The notes under the pieces were generated by a model. The model made no database searches. It was not told the DNA's origin and saw only the letters and a program-made list of their open reading frames with translations. A program made the translations under genes and the position numbers. Positions 53,137-64,000 of a stretch of 64,000 nucleotides of DNA are shown here, in pieces; the first letter of the stretch is position 1; every line of letters begins with the position of its first letter. Source of the DNA: an uncultured bacterium. Lineage in GTDB: Bacteria > Cyanobacteriota > Vampirovibrionia > Gastranaerophilales > Gastranaerophilaceae. The DNA lies in contig URPS01000003.1 of NCBI GenBank assembly GCA_900549855.1, positions 4,658-68,657 of the forward strand. Reading direction: 5' to 3'.

Positions 53137-54846
53137 TTAAGCCAATGCCTTTCTAACAGTTTCGTTGAAAATGATTCTACCAACAGTAGTTTCAATTCTC
53201 TTACCTGCTTCATCACGAACTACAATCTTGTCATGAAGAGTAATAACTTTAGCTTCTAATGCTGAAATTGCATCATCGAAGCTGTAGAAATAACCCTTAA
53301 CATCTTGTTCAGGATTCTTTAATATTGTTAAATAGTAAAGACCAAGAACCATATCTTGTGAGTGTGTGATAATAGGCTTACCGTTAGCAGGTGCCAAAAT
53401 GTTATTTGTAGCTAACATAAGCATTCTTGCTTCTGTTTGAGCTTCAATTGAAAGAGGTACGTGAACAGCCATTTGGTCACCATCGAAGTCGGCGTTAAAC
53501 GCTGTACATACCAATGGGTGAAGTTGAATAGCTCTACCTTCAACCAACTTAGGTTCAAATGCTTGAATACCTAATCTGTGAAGGGTCGGTGCTCTGTTCA
53601 ACATAACAGGGTGTCCATCAATGATTTCTTCTAAGATATCCCAAACTTTTGCATCAGATCTTTCAATCATTTTCTTAGCAGATTTAATATTTTGAACAAA
53701 TCCTCTTTCGATTAATTTATTAACAACAAACGGTTTGAACAATTCAATTGCCATTTCCTTAGGTAAACCGCATTGGTTAAGTTTCAATGAAGGACCAACT
53801 ACAATAACAGAACGACCTGAGTAGTCAACACGTTTACCTAACAAGTTTTGACGGAAACGACCTTGTTTACCTTCAATAATATTAGATAAAGATTTCAATG
53901 CTCTGTTGTTTGGACCAACAACTGTTCTACCACGTCTACCGTTATCAATAAGAGCATCTACTGCTTCCTGCAACATACGTTTTTCGTTTCTTACGATAAT
54001 TTCAGGAGCACCCATTTCCAACAATCTTTGTAAACGGTTGTTTCTGTTGATGACTCTTCTATATAAATCGTTCAAATCAGAAGTAGCAAATCTACCACCA
54101 TCTAACTGAACCATTGGTCTTAAGTCAGGAGGAGTTACAGGTAATACATCCATTACCATCCAAGTAGGGTCTGTTTCAGAAGAAATTAGGGAATCTAGTA
54201 ATCTTAATCTCTTAATCAATTTACCTTTTCTTTGAACAGATGTTACGTGACCTGCAAGCTCATTTCTAATATCATCAGCTAATTGATGAATATCAATTTC
54301 GCCTAATAATTTTTTAATAGCTTCTGCACCAATACCAACTTCTAACTTAGATTCTTCATTTTCCATGATGTAATCTTCGTATTCTTCTTCTGAAAGAAGT
54401 TGAAGTTTCTTGAATGGGCTATCAGCAGGATCAATTACAACATAGTTATTGAAGTAAATAACTTGTTCTAGATCCTTTAAAGTCATATCAAGAAGTAAAC
54501 CTAAATAAGAAGGAATACCTTTTAAGAACCAGATGTGAGAAACAGGAGCAGCAAGCTTAATGTGTCCCATTCTGTGTCTTCTTACTTTTGAATCAGTAAC
54601 TTCAACACCGCATCTTTCACAAATGATACCTTTATGACGAACTCTTTTATATTTACCGCAATAGCATTCCCAGTCCTTTGTAGGTCCAAAGATTCTTTCG
54701 CAGAATAAACCATCTCTTTCAGGTTTTAGAGTTCTGTAGTTAATTGTTTCAGGTTTGGTAACCTCACCATAAGACCACTTCAGGATTCTCTCCGGAGAAG
54801 CAATGCTTATGCGTATATAATCAAAATAATCAATACTTGTAGACAA
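53137..54846 (-). CDS. rpoC1: DNA-directed RNA polymerase gamma subunit (RpoC1, the N-terminal part of beta-prime).
   Basis: Zn-binding '[19 protein letters not shown]'. Catalytic '[16 protein letters not shown]'. Terminates at 569 aa. Confidence 0.95.
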   Translation of the reverse strand: MSTSIDYFDYIRISIASPERILKWSYGEVTKPETINYRTLKPERDGLFCERIFGPTKDWECYCGKYKRVRHKGIICERCGVEVTDSKVRRHRMGHIKLAAPVSHIWFLKGIPSYLGLLLDMTLKDLEQVIYFNNYVVIDPADSPFKKLQLLSEEEYEDYIMENEESKLEVGIGAEAIKKLLGEIDIHQLADDIRNELAGHVTSVQRKGKLIKRLRLLDSLISSETDPTWMVMDVLPVTPPDLRPMVQLDGGRFATSDLNDLYRRVINRNNRLQRLLEMGAPEIIVRNEKRMLQEAVDALIDNGRRGRTVVGPNNRALKSLSNIIEGKQGRFRQNLLGKRVDYSGRSVIVVGPSLKLNQCGLPKEMAIELFKPFVVNKLIERGFVQNIKSAKKMIERSDAKVWDILEEIIDGHPVMLNRAPTLHRLGIQAFEPKLVEGRAIQLHPLVCTAFNADFDGDQMAVHVPLSIEAQTEARMLMLATNNILAPANGKPIITHSQDMVLGLYYLTILKNPEQDVKGYFYSFDDAISALEAKVITLHDKIVVRDEAGKRIETTVGRIIFNETVRKALA

Positions 54847-54858
54847 TTTTTTATCTCC

Positions 54859-57800
54859 TTATATTTCACCTAGTGTAGCTGAAGTATCAAAGAAGTTAAT
54901 ATTTAACAACTCTGAATCTATATCTGATAATGTTCTCTTTGGAGCTGATTTTCTCAAATCATCCATATCAGACATAAGGTCAACTTCTACACCATTTTTC
55001 TTAGCAACTGTAATATCTAAACCGATACTTTGCAATTCTCTTACAAGTACCTTAAATGATTCAGGAATACCAGGTCTTGGAATATTGTCACCCTTAACGA
55101 TTGCTTCATAAGCTCTGTTACGTCCGTTAACATCATCAGATTTGATTGTTAACATTTCTTGTAGAGTATATGCAGCACCATAAGCTTCAAGTGCCCAAAC
55201 TTCCATTTCACCGAATCTTTGTCCACCGAACTGAGCCTTACCACCTAAAGGTTGTTGTGTAACCAATGAGTAAGGACCTGTTGAACGAGCGTGAATCTTA
55301 TCATCTACCAAGTGAACAAGTTTCAAGATATAAGATAAACCAACTGCAATAGGTTCATCAAATGGTTCACCAGTTCTACCATCGATTAGGTAAACTTTAC
55401 CATCTTCTCTAACCCAATCACAACCAGATTCTTTAATACCTCTAAGAAGTTCAGCCTTCGTAGCGATTTCAGATTGGTTATCACCATATCTTTCATCGAA
55501 AGATGGAGCTTCATAGTGTTCACCGGTCAAGTAAGCAGCCAAACCTAACAAGCATTCATATGTTTGACCAACGTTCATACGAGAAGGAACACCTAGTGGG
55601 TTCAATACGATATCTACCGGAGTACCGTCAGGTAAGAATGGCATATCTTCTTTTGGAAGAATTCTTGAAACAATACCCTTGTTTCCGTGACGACCTGAAA
55701 GTTTATCACCTACAGATACCTTACGTTTTTGAGCGATATAAACTCTAATTACAGTATTTGCTCCAGGTGGTAATTCATCACCTTTTTCTCTATCAAATAC
55801 TTTAACATCAAGTACTCTACCGCCTTCACCGTGAGGAACTCTTAATGAATTATCTTTAACATCTCTAGCTTTTTCTGCGAAAATTGCTCTTAACAATTTT
55901 TCTTCCGGCGGATGTTCAGATTCACCCTTTGGAGTAACCTTACCAACAAGGATATCATCAGCGTAAACTCTAGCACCGATACGAACGATACCACGTTCAT
56001 CCAAATGTCTTAAAGCTTCTTCTGATACGTTCGGAATTTCTCTTGTGATTTCTTCCGGTCCGAGTTTTGTTTGTCTTGCATCAATTTCTAATTTTTCAAT
56101 ATGAACTGATGTGAATATATCATCATGTACGCATCTTTCAGAAAGTAAGATAGCATCTTCGAAGTTATATCCTTCCCAAGGCATATAAGCAACCAAGATA
56201 TTTTTACCAATTGAAAGTTCTCCGCAACTTGTAGAAGCACCGTCGGCGATTACATCACCTGCTCTAACCTTGTCACCTTCGTGAACAATAGGCTTTTGGT
56301 TAATACAAGTATCTTGGTTAGAACGTACATATTTCATTAATGTATGTAAATGTTGTTTTCCGTTTACGTCACGGATGATAATTTCTTCACCCACAACTCT
56401 TTCAACAACACCATCAACCTTAGCACATACAACCATACCAGAGTCTTTTGCAACTCTTCTTTCCATACCGGTACCAACTACAGGTCTTTCAGTAATAAGA
56501 AGAGGTACTGATTGACGTTGCATGTTTGAACCCATCAATGCACGGTTTGCGTCATCGTGTTCGATAAATGGAATCATTGATGTTGCAACAGAGATAATTT
56601 GAATTGGGCAAACACCCATAAAGTCAACCTTTGAAGAATCACACATAATGAATTCTGATCTGTAACGTACAGGAATCTGAGTTGCTTTGAAAGTTTTATC
56701 AGGATTCAATTGTACGTCAGCAGGAGCACATCTGTAGTTTTCATCTTCATCAGCTGTCATGTAAACAACTTCATCTGTAACTACACCATCTTTTACAACA
56801 AAGAATGGAGATTCAATAAATCCATAGTCATTAACTCTTGCGTGAGTTGCCAATGAACCAATCAAACCTGCGTTTGGACCTTCCGGTGTTTCTATCGGAC
56901 ATATACGACCGTAGTGAGAAGGGTGAATATCACGAACTGCGAAACCAGCTCTTTCTCTTTGTAAACCTCCAGGTCCTAATGCTGAAATACGTCTTTTGTG
57001 AGTCAATTCAGCCAATGGATTAATTTGGTCCATGAACTGTGATAACTGAGAAGAACCAAAGAATTCTTTCAATGAAGCAACCAATGGTTTTGTATTTAAC
57101 AAGTTCAATGGAGTCAATGTTTCAGAATCTTGAAGAGTCATTCTTTCTTTAACGATTCTTTCAATTCTAGAAAGACCTACTCTGAATTGATTTTGAAGAA
57201 GTTCACCAACTGAACGAATTCTTCTGTTTCCTAAGTGGTCAATATCATCCAAAGAACCTTCGTCATAAGTTAGGTTAATTAAATATTCAATAGATGCAAC
57301 AATATCTTGAACAGTCAATGTTCTTTGGTTCTTAGGAATATTTAAGTTCAATTTTTTGTTTAATTTGTAACGACCTACACGACCGATATCGTATTTCTTA
57401 TCATCAAAGAATCTTGATTCTAAGATTTGACGTCCGCCTTGAGCTGAAGCAGGATCACCAGGTCTTAATTTTTTATACAAATCAATAAGAGCATCATCTG
57501 TAGTTTCTGTAGTATCTTTATCCAAAGTCTTTTTCAAGAATTCAAAGTGAGTGAACAAAGATTCCATTTCAGAAACAGTGATACCCATTGCCTTCAATAA
57601 AGTTGTAGCTAAGATTTTTCTGTTTTTGTCAATCTTAACGTAAATTATATCGTTAGAGTCTGTTTCGATTTTCAACCAAGCACCACGGTTTGGAATCATG
57701 GTTGCGTTGTATAATCTCTTACCAGTTGGAGAGATTTCTCTCTTGAAATAAACACCAGGCGAACGAACAATCTGAGATACGATTACACGTTCTGCACCAT

Positions 57801-58173
57801 TAACAATGAATGTACCCTTGTCTGTCATTGTAGGGATGTCACCGATATAAACTTCTTGTTCTTTAATTTCACCGCTATCACGGTTAACAAGTCTAACCAT
57901 TACACGCAATTGTTTTGCATAAGTTGCGTCATGGATACGTGCTTCTTCAATAGTATACTTTGCATTATCAAAAGTATAGTTTGGAAGGAAATGCAATTCT
58001 AATCTGCCTGTGTAATCTTTTACAGGAGAGAATGCCAAAAGCTCTTCTTTTAACCCTTCTTTTAAAAACCATTCAAATGATTTTTTTTGCACGTCAATTA
58101 AATCCGGTAAATCATCCAAACGAGTATTAGGTATACCCATTGGTGTTACTCTTTTTGCATATTCTGTCGACAT
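54859..58173 (-). CDS. rpoB: DNA-directed RNA polymerase beta subunit.
   Basis: 1104 aa. '[14 protein letters not shown]' and other beta-subunit signature blocks. Confidence 0.97.
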   Translation of the reverse strand: MSTEYAKRVTPMGIPNTRLDDLPDLIDVQKKSFEWFLKEGLKEELLAFSPVKDYTGRLELHFLPNYTFDNAKYTIEEARIHDATYAKQLRVMVRLVNRDSGEIKEQEVYIGDIPTMTDKGTFIVNGAERVIVSQIVRSPGVYFKREISPTGKRLYNATMIPNRGAWLKIETDSNDIIYVKIDKNRKILATTLLKAMGITVSEMESLFTHFEFLKKTLDKDTTETTDDALIDLYKKLRPGDPASAQGGRQILESRFFDDKKYDIGRVGRYKLNKKLNLNIPKNQRTLTVQDIVASIEYLINLTYDEGSLDDIDHLGNRRIRSVGELLQNQFRVGLSRIERIVKERMTLQDSETLTPLNLLNTKPLVASLKEFFGSSQLSQFMDQINPLAELTHKRRISALGPGGLQRERAGFAVRDIHPSHYGRICPIETPEGPNAGLIGSLATHARVNDYGFIESPFFVVKDGVVTDEVVYMTADEDENYRCAPADVQLNPDKTFKATQIPVRYRSEFIMCDSSKVDFMGVCPIQIISVATSMIPFIEHDDANRALMGSNMQRQSVPLLITERPVVGTGMERRVAKDSGMVVCAKVDGVVERVVGEEIIIRDVNGKQHLHTLMKYVRSNQDTCINQKPIVHEGDKVRAGDVIADGASTSCGELSIGKNILVAYMPWEGYNFEDAILLSERCVHDDIFTSVHIEKLEIDARQTKLGPEEITREIPNVSEEALRHLDERGIVRIGARVYADDILVGKVTPKGESEHPPEEKLLRAIFAEKARDVKDNSLRVPHGEGGRVLDVKVFDREKGDELPPGANTVIRVYIAQKRKVSVGDKLSGRHGNKGIVSRILPKEDMPFLPDGTPVDIVLNPLGVPSRMNVGQTYECLLGLAAYLTGEHYEAPSFDERYGDNQSEIATKAELLRGIKESGCDWVREDGKVYLIDGRTGEPFDEPIAVGLSYILKLVHLVDDKIHARSTGPYSLVTQQPLGGKAQFGGQRFGEMEVWALEAYGAAYTLQEMLTIKSDDVNGRNRAYEAIVKGDNIPRPGIPESFKVLVRELQSIGLDITVAKKNGVEVDLMSDMDDLRKSAPKRTLSDIDSELLNINFFDTSATLGEI

Positions 58174-58471
58174 TAATTCACCTCATCTATTCTAATGATG
58201 TACTATATAAAATTTGCTTTATATTCTTATTCTATTTCTACCTTTATTTCGGACATAATTATCCCATATACAGCATGTTCTACTATCGTACAACATCAAA
58301 ATTTAACGTCAAGTTAATAAGGGTATTTTGTACAATTTTTCAAGTGTTATGTAACAAATATTTACAATTCTTAAAATTAAATGGATAAAAAGAGGGAATA
58401 ACAAAGGTTCAAAATTCTAACTAGCAAAAAAAATTATTTTAGCATTTTTAATATAGCAAAGGAGATTTTAT

Positions 58472-58747
58472 ATGTCAGATATCAGTTTTAAATCAACCTA
58501 CAAAATTCCCGTAACACAGTGGGGCATTAATAATACTAAAAAATTGCAATTAAAATCCTTAGTTGAATCCAATAACGGAATTATAACAGGGAAAAAAGAT
58601 AAATTCGCACTGGTTTCAATTCCTGATAAAAAAGATATGGGATTTATACGAAAGTTAATGAAAATCGGATATCGTGAATACAAACAATTTGTCGGTGAAA
58701 AAATTTCCAAAGATTCCCTTATAGAATATGTTGATAAATTAGGATAA
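58472..58747 (+). CDS. Small hypothetical protein (91 aa).
   Basis: ORF with a plausible RBS 'AAGGAGA' upstream. Confidence 0.3.
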   Translation: MSDISFKSTYKIPVTQWGINNTKKLQLKSLVESNNGIITGKKDKFALVSIPDKKDMGFIRKLMKIGYREYKQFVGEKISKDSLIEYVDKLG

Positions 58748-58754
58748 CTAAAAA

Positions 58755-58792
58755 TACCGACCGCCCTAGTTAGGGAGGTCGCAGTCGTGAGA
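58755..58792. terminator. Strong GC hairpin (GACCGCCCTA/TAGGGAGGTC), T-rich on the minus strand; terminator at the end of the flagellar transcription unit and possibly bidirectional.
   Basis: 'CCGACCGCCCTAGTTAGGGAGGTCG'. The minus-strand side reads ...GGTCGGTATTTTTAG. Confidence 0.45.
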
Positions 58793-58905
58793 ACGTCAGT
58801 GAGCTGCGAATGCGGGTGGGTATCAGTTCATTGCAAACACATTAATTAATAAAAATTTAAAATTAAAAATCAAATAACAAACTTACATTCATTAATCAAA
58901 AATCT

Positions 58906-59256
58906 CTAAACATCCAAATCATCGTCATTTTCTTTAGGTTCAGGCAAATCCGGTTCAGCTTTTTGTTTAGTTAATTTTTCATTAAGTTCTTGAAGGGTAA
59001 TAGATTTGTCCATTTTTTTTAAAGCATTTAAAACCGCCAACTTATAATCTGCATCAGCCTGATTTTTTGGATTATCAATAATTTCACCAATTCTTTGTCC
59101 CAAATACCCCATAACAACAACTGCTGGTATCAAAACAGCTCCTGTGATAAGGATTGCATGCAAATCAATTACACCCACACGTACAATACTAACGGTGCCT
59201 ATTACCAACATCGTTATTACAACAAAAAATAATCTGACGTTTTCAGTATAACCCAA
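58906..59256 (-). CDS. Small membrane protein (2 TM) with an acidic C-terminal tail, last gene of the flagellar cluster in this window.
   Basis: ORF whose start is 3 bp from the PilZ gene stop. Confidence 0.4.
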   Translation of the reverse strand: MGYTENVRLFFVVITMLVIGTVSIVRVGVIDLHAILITGAVLIPAVVVMGYLGQRIGEIIDNPKNQADADYKLAVLNALKKMDKSITLQELNEKLTKQKAEPDLPEPKENDDDLDV

Positions 59257-59258
59257 TT

Positions 59259-59906
59259 TTATTCATCCTTTCCGGATTTATTAAAATTTTCCATATCTTT
59301 TTTCATACAGAATTGGACCAAAGTCATTTTATCAATATTACTCAAATAAGTAAAACGTCCGGAAATAGTATATAATCCACTATCACCTTTTTCTACACGA
59401 ATTAATTGATATTTACAATTAATAATTTGTTCATCACTAAGCTTTATTGATACATCATAGTCTTTTTCGATATCAATATTATCTTGAGTACGAATTTTCA
59501 TACCTCCTGCAGACAAGTCAAGAGTTCTAACTTTATGCGTAACGTCACCATTTTTAAGTTCTAAATCTTCTAAGAACTTAATACGAGTAAACTTACGACG
59601 TTGCAAAAATCTATGTTTTACAGGGTTTGCAATCGTAATAACATTGTTTTCCAAAGCTTGAATATAAGATTCAAAATACAAATAACCATTATCAGTAAAA
59701 GAATAAAAGTCGCAAATATGATTCACAATCAAACCATCTGGTTTATATTTCAATTCCATCCTAAAACCTTCAGGCGAAACAGAAAGCACTCGACCTTTAT
59801 TAGTTTTTTTGAAATCCTGTGGAACAATTGTTACTATTTGACTATCTTTAATAAGTTCTCTCATATATGACCTTTCTATTTGTTTGTATTGAACCCCTAA
59901 CCCCAA
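59259..59906 (-). CDS. ycgR: YcgR-like PilZ-domain protein (c-di-GMP-binding flagellar brake-type).
   Basis: Both PilZ c-di-GMP motifs are present: 'RRKFTRIKF' (RxxxR) and 'DLSAGGMKI' (DxSxxG). It sits immediately downstream of flhA. Confidence 0.8.
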   Translation of the reverse strand: MGLGVQYKQIERSYMRELIKDSQIVTIVPQDFKKTNKGRVLSVSPEGFRMELKYKPDGLIVNHICDFYSFTDNGYLYFESYIQALENNVITIANPVKHRFLQRRKFTRIKFLEDLELKNGDVTHKVRTLDLSAGGMKIRTQDNIDIEKDYDVSIKLSDEQIINCKYQLIRVEKGDSGLYTISGRFTYLSNIDKMTLVQFCMKKDMENFNKSGKDE

Positions 59907-59945
59907 CCCTCTCCCACAAGGAGCGAAGGAGAAAGCAAAACTTGT
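59885..59945. repeat. Solo GC-rich repeat 'CCCCTAACCCCAACCCTCTCCCACAAGGAGCGAAGGAGAAAGC'.
   Basis: Same family as 41775-41830. Confidence 0.6.
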
Positions 59946-59955
59946 GAGTTTTTAT

Positions 59956-62052
59956 TTAGCCAACCCTTACCATACCAACCGACTTAACTTTTACATTCGG
60001 GCTAATTTCATTATATGACATAATTGCGATTTGAGGATAGGTTCTTTCTACCAATTTTCTAAACAGCATTCTTATTGGTGAAGAACAAAGGATTACAGGC
60101 TGGTTGCCCGTTGCCGTAATCGCTTTTTCTAACTCTAAATTCATCTTGTCAAACATATTTTTTGTAAAACTTGGATCCAGTGTAACACTTTGACCATCAG
60201 GACTTGCACCTTTTGCTATTGTGTTTTCTACATCCGGAGCAAGTGTAATTACATACAATTCACCAGTATCTGCAAGATTTTGTTTACAAATGTTTCTTGA
60301 AAGCGCTTGTCTTACATGCTCAGTCAAGAAATTAGGATTTTTATTAATTTTGGCTTGCAAACTGATTGTTTCTAAAATCGTTTTCAAGTCACGTACTGCA
60401 ACCCCTTCTTTTAACAAGTTCTGCATTACTATTTGAACATCACCAACGGTTATATCTTTCATCATGTCGTTTACATAATCTTCTGAAACCTCTTTTTTAA
60501 GATTATCAATAAGCTGTTGAACATCAAATCTTGAAAGAATTTCTGATGCGCATTTCTTAATTACTTCTGTTATGTGAGTTGAAATTACAGCAGATGCTGA
60601 TACAACAGTATATCCTGACATTTCTGCCATATCTTTGTCTTTAGCTTCTATCCAGAGAGCAGGTAAGCCGAACGCTGGTTCTATAGCGTGAATACCATTG
60701 ATTGCGAGGTTTCCAACAGGATCTCCTGCACACATAGCAAGGAATCTTTCAGGATAAACTTCGCCAGACTCTAATGCGACACCTTTTAATTTTATCTGGT
60801 ACGAATTTGGAGAAAGCTGTAAATTATCTCTAACTCTGATTGATGGTAAAACGATACCTAAATCCAAAGCCGTTTGACGTCGAATTTGTGCAATACGTTC
60901 AAGCAAATCACCGCCCATTTCAACATTAAGAAGCTGAACAAGTCTGTACCCAACTTCGATTTCTATAGTATCAACGTTAAGAAGTTCCATAACACTTTCT
61001 CTGGTTGCTTTTGCTCTTTTTTCTTTTTTACCGAGTTTTTCTTGTTGTTCTTGTTGAACTTTTTGGGCTTCTTGTGTTTGCACTTCCTCCTTCTTAGATT
61101 TAACTTTAAAATATGCCATACCACCAGCGATAGCAGCAATTGTTAAAAATGGAATTGTCGGCATGCCGGGGATTATACCCATAAAACCAAGCAAACCGGA
61201 AACAACTCCAAGAACTCTCGGGTCAGAGAACATTTCCTTCTTGATATCTTGAGAAAGTGATTCATCTTTGCCGGTTGCTCTTGATACAATCAAACCTGTT
61301 GCAGTTGAGATTAAAAGCGCTGGGATTTGTGACACAAGACCATCACCAACTGTTAAAATCGTATATGTTGATAATGCCTGTTGAATATTCAAATGGAGCT
61401 GAATAACACCAATAATCAAACCACCTACAATATTAATAACAGTAATTACAATACCTGCGGTTGCATCACCTTTTACAAACTTTGAAGCACCATCCATAGT
61501 ACCGTAAAAATCTGTTTCACGTTCTAATTTTTTACGTCTTTCTTTTGCTTGTTCTTCATTAATTAAACCGGAGTTCAAATCGGCATCAATACTTAATTGT
61601 TTACCAGGCATTTTGTCCAATGTAAATCTTGCAGATACTTCAGCAACACGAGTTGCACCACCTGTGATAACCATAAAATTAATCAAGACCAAGATACAAA
61701 ATATAACGGCACCGACAACATAATTACCACCAACAACAAATTCTCCAAATGAACTGATAACATTACCAGCCTCACCGTTTAAAAGAATTAGACGAGTCGA
61801 ACTTACGTTTAAACCAAGTCTAAATAGTGTTGCAATCAACAATACAGTTGGGAAAGAGGAATAATCAAGGGGTTCTTGAGTATATAAACAAACCAATAAT
61901 ATTACTACTGCTAGTGAAATATTAACAGTCAATAATAAGTCCAAAAGTGCGGGTGGCAGAGGAATAACCATCATGCAAACAATAACGACCAAGCCGATTG
62001 CAAGGACGATATCGTTGTTGCTTAACAGTTTAGATAATTTACCCAGTTCCAT
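59956..62052 (-). CDS. flhA: Flagellar biosynthesis protein FlhA.
   Basis: 698 aa. 'FVVGGNYVVGAVIFCILVLINFMVITGGATRVAEVSARFTLDKMPGKQLSIDADL' is the FHIPEP signature. Confidence 0.95.
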   Translation of the reverse strand: MELGKLSKLLSNNDIVLAIGLVVIVCMMVIPLPPALLDLLLTVNISLAVVILLVCLYTQEPLDYSSFPTVLLIATLFRLGLNVSSTRLILLNGEAGNVISSFGEFVVGGNYVVGAVIFCILVLINFMVITGGATRVAEVSARFTLDKMPGKQLSIDADLNSGLINEEQAKERRKKLERETDFYGTMDGASKFVKGDATAGIVITVINIVGGLIIGVIQLHLNIQQALSTYTILTVGDGLVSQIPALLISTATGLIVSRATGKDESLSQDIKKEMFSDPRVLGVVSGLLGFMGIIPGMPTIPFLTIAAIAGGMAYFKVKSKKEEVQTQEAQKVQQEQQEKLGKKEKRAKATRESVMELLNVDTIEIEVGYRLVQLLNVEMGGDLLERIAQIRRQTALDLGIVLPSIRVRDNLQLSPNSYQIKLKGVALESGEVYPERFLAMCAGDPVGNLAINGIHAIEPAFGLPALWIEAKDKDMAEMSGYTVVSASAVISTHITEVIKKCASEILSRFDVQQLIDNLKKEVSEDYVNDMMKDITVGDVQIVMQNLLKEGVAVRDLKTILETISLQAKINKNPNFLTEHVRQALSRNICKQNLADTGELYVITLAPDVENTIAKGASPDGQSVTLDPSFTKNMFDKMNLELEKAITATGNQPVILCSSPIRMLFRKLVERTYPQIAIMSYNEISPNVKVKSVGMVRVG

Positions 62053-62123
62053 TTATTCTTATTTTTTTATCCCACTAATTGGGCATTCCTCTCCAACTAA
62101 CATTCTATCATCATTTTGGTAAT

Positions 62124-62432
62124 TTAAACAAGCTTGTTAAGATTTTGTAATCTTTTCTGAGAGTTTGGAAACATTTTTAATTTAACTTGATTATAAAAAC
62201 TTATCATGGAATACAAAACAGAAGGATTCGGTTTTTCCATAAAAGATGATAAATCCGGTATTTTTTGTCCTCTCGGCGAACCATTATTTACTATAGGACA
62301 AAATCCACCTTGCAAAACTAATTTCTTAATTGGAACATGACTTTGAAAATTCAAACTATAGTTATTTTTAACTTTTATTATGCTTGACCTCATCACCCTA
62401 TTATCTCTCTCCATTTTTTTGCTTAAATACAA
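62124..62432 (-). CDS. Small basic hypothetical ORF between flhB and flhA. It may be spurious.
   Basis: ORF only. It overlaps the flhB 3' end by 31 bp. Confidence 0.2.
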   Translation of the reverse strand: MYLSKKMERDNRVMRSSIIKVKNNYSLNFQSHVPIKKLVLQGGFCPIVNNGSPRGQKIPDLSSFMEKPNPSVLYSMISFYNQVKLKMFPNSQKRLQNLNKLV

Positions 62433-63483
62433 AAGCTAAAATTTCTGCAACTGCAACATACATGTCTGAAGGAATCATTCCATCAACAGGAACAGTATTA
62501 TATAAAGTTCTTGCAACCGGTCTATTTTCAACTATTGGAACATTATTATCTTTTGCAATTTCTCTTATTTGAAAAGCAAGATAATCTACACCTTTTGCTA
62601 CTACAATTGGTGCCGGAGCCTTGGTTTTATCATACTTTATTGCAACGGCATAGTGAGTTGGGTTGGTTACAACAACGTCCGCTGTTGGCACAGAAGACAT
62701 CATCCGCTGTTTTGCCATTTGCATTTGAATAGACTTAATTCTCGCTTTAATTTTAGGGTCCCCTTCTGTATCCTTTTGTTCATCCTTAATTTCTTGTTTT
62801 GTCATTTTTATAGATTTTTCATACTCATAGTTTTGATATTTTTTATCTAAATAACCTAAAACAAGCATTGCAAGACACATGTTAATAATCATATTAACGA
62901 GAATTGATACAACAATATTAAGTGCAATTGGGATTTCCAAGCCAACCATACCCAGTAAATCGCCTTTTCGGCTGTTTATCGCTGAATACCCACAAGCTGC
63001 AACAACTACAATTTTTAAAATAGATTTTGCAAATTCTACTAATGAACGTGGTTCAAAAGGATTAAACATACGTTTAGCATTTTGCAACATTCTTTGAGGA
63101 GAGAGATTCTCCAAATTAAATTTAGCTTTTTCTAAGGCAAAAACAGGTCCTACATCCATACGAATAATAAACACAGCTGCAATTGCAAGCAGTACAAAGA
63201 ATGGTACAACTATTATTGCCAAATATTTGAAATACGGTAACAAAATCCCCATTACATTGGAAGAATCAATATTAACATAATCTAGATGAGAAAACGTTTC
63301 TCGAAGCATACCTTGAATTGTGTTTCCCATATTTTTTGCAAATACACCCAGAAACGCAACACTCGCAACCATAACAAGAGCAGAATCCATATCTCTGCTC
63401 TTAGATACGTTACCTCTTTCACGCTCCTTGGTTCGCCGTCGGGTGGTGGCTTCTTCTGTTTTTTCTGCTGCATCATTTCCCAT
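62401..63483 (-). CDS. flhB: Flagellar biosynthesis protein FlhB.
   Basis: 'VVVTNPTHYAVAIKYD' contains the NPTH autocleavage site. 360 aa. Confidence 0.95.
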   Translation of the reverse strand: MGNDAAEKTEEATTRRRTKERERGNVSKSRDMDSALVMVASVAFLGVFAKNMGNTIQGMLRETFSHLDYVNIDSSNVMGILLPYFKYLAIIVVPFFVLLAIAAVFIIRMDVGPVFALEKAKFNLENLSPQRMLQNAKRMFNPFEPRSLVEFAKSILKIVVVAACGYSAINSRKGDLLGMVGLEIPIALNIVVSILVNMIINMCLAMLVLGYLDKKYQNYEYEKSIKMTKQEIKDEQKDTEGDPKIKARIKSIQMQMAKQRMMSSVPTADVVVTNPTHYAVAIKYDKTKAPAPIVVAKGVDYLAFQIREIAKDNNVPIVENRPVARTLYNTVPVDGMIPSDMYVAVAEILAFVFKQKNGER

Positions 63484-63525
63484 AGGTTACATTATACCAT
63501 TCACAGCTAAAATTTTACAAGGCTA

Positions 63526-63996
63526 CTAAAACAAAAGCGCTATTTTTTCCATAAATTGGCCAATTATTACAGTAATATATTCTGCCATTGGGCGCATAAA
63601 CATCAACGACAAAAGAAGTCCCAGATATATTTTTAAAGGCATAGACACCATAAAAATATTCATCTGAGGCATCATTTTAGAAGTAAAACCTAACAATATA
63701 TCTGTAATAAACAGAACACCAAAAATAGGAAGTGCAATTCCCAACCCGATACCAAAAATTTGTCCGGATACTGTTATAATGTTTCCGACTAATTCCGGAG
63801 AAAATACAATATTATACCCGATTGGCATTGATTTAAAACTGTTGTATATTGCAGAAAATAGCCATTGATGAGCACCTAGTCCTATAAAAAGCATTGTTGC
63901 CAAAAAAGTATAAGCTTGCGTTATTACCGGAGATTGCCCGCCAGAAGTCGGATTCAATGCTTGGTCTGCCGATAATCCCATTTGTATGGCAAACAT
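63526..63996 (-). CDS. fliR: Flagellar biosynthesis protein FliR; the N-terminus probably lies beyond the window edge.
   Basis: Polytopic membrane protein directly upstream of flhB. 156 aa visible. Confidence 0.7.
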   Translation of the reverse strand: MFAIQMGLSADQALNPTSGGQSPVITQAYTFLATMLFIGLGAHQWLFSAIYNSFKSMPIGYNIVFSPELVGNIITVSGQIFGIGLGIALPIFGVLFITDILLGFTSKMMPQMNIFMVSMPLKIYLGLLLSLMFMRPMAEYITVIIGQFMEKIALLF

Positions 63997-64000
63997 GTTT

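Overview
This 64 kb window is AT-rich (roughly one-third GC by eye), densely coding, and looks like a bacterial chromosomal segment dominated by housekeeping genes. The identifiable genes are dxr, an rfbC-rfbB-rfbD-rfbA dTDP-rhamnose operon, rpiB, rsfS, rnpA, upp, rny-ymdB, leuS, dnaE, ligA, tig, rpoB, and the start of a flagellar export operon (fliR-flhB-flhA plus a YcgR-type PilZ protein). The beta-prime subunit gene is split into rpoC1 (569 aa) and rpoC2 (1283 aa) directly downstream of rpoB, as in Cyanobacteria and their non-photosynthetic sister lineage Melainabacteria/Vampirovibrionia. Together with the flagellar genes, the low GC and the absence of any photosynthesis genes, this points to a Melainabacteria-like (Gastranaerophilales-type) genome; that taxonomic call is inference and needs a database search. 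I found no CRISPR array, no rRNA, and no intact transposase or integrase. The accessory or unusual content sits in a few spots. (1) An MnmC-type tRNA methyltransferase domain carrying a roughly 280-aa insertion, whose gene overlaps a different-family FAD oxidoreductase. (2) A degraded hotspot at tRNA-Lys(UUU): a tandem pseudo-tRNA, a DUF559 endonuclease pseudogene bounded by 61-bp inverted repeats, a second DUF559 remnant bounded by GC-rich inverted repeats, an orphan Toprim-only protein, and a divergent Q-rich coiled-coil gene with a palindromic candidate operator between them. (3) Two GC-rich short-repeat families scattered in intergenic DNA. (4) A four-helix-bundle (23S-rRNA-intervening-sequence-family) gene inserted inside the rfb operon. 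(5) An orphan calpain-like cysteine protease. (6) An orphan Cys-rich prepilin-like gene whose stop overlaps the start of a LOG-family gene. None of these is demonstrably a complete novel system from sequence alone. All calls come from by-eye motif recognition in the provided translations; no searches were run.
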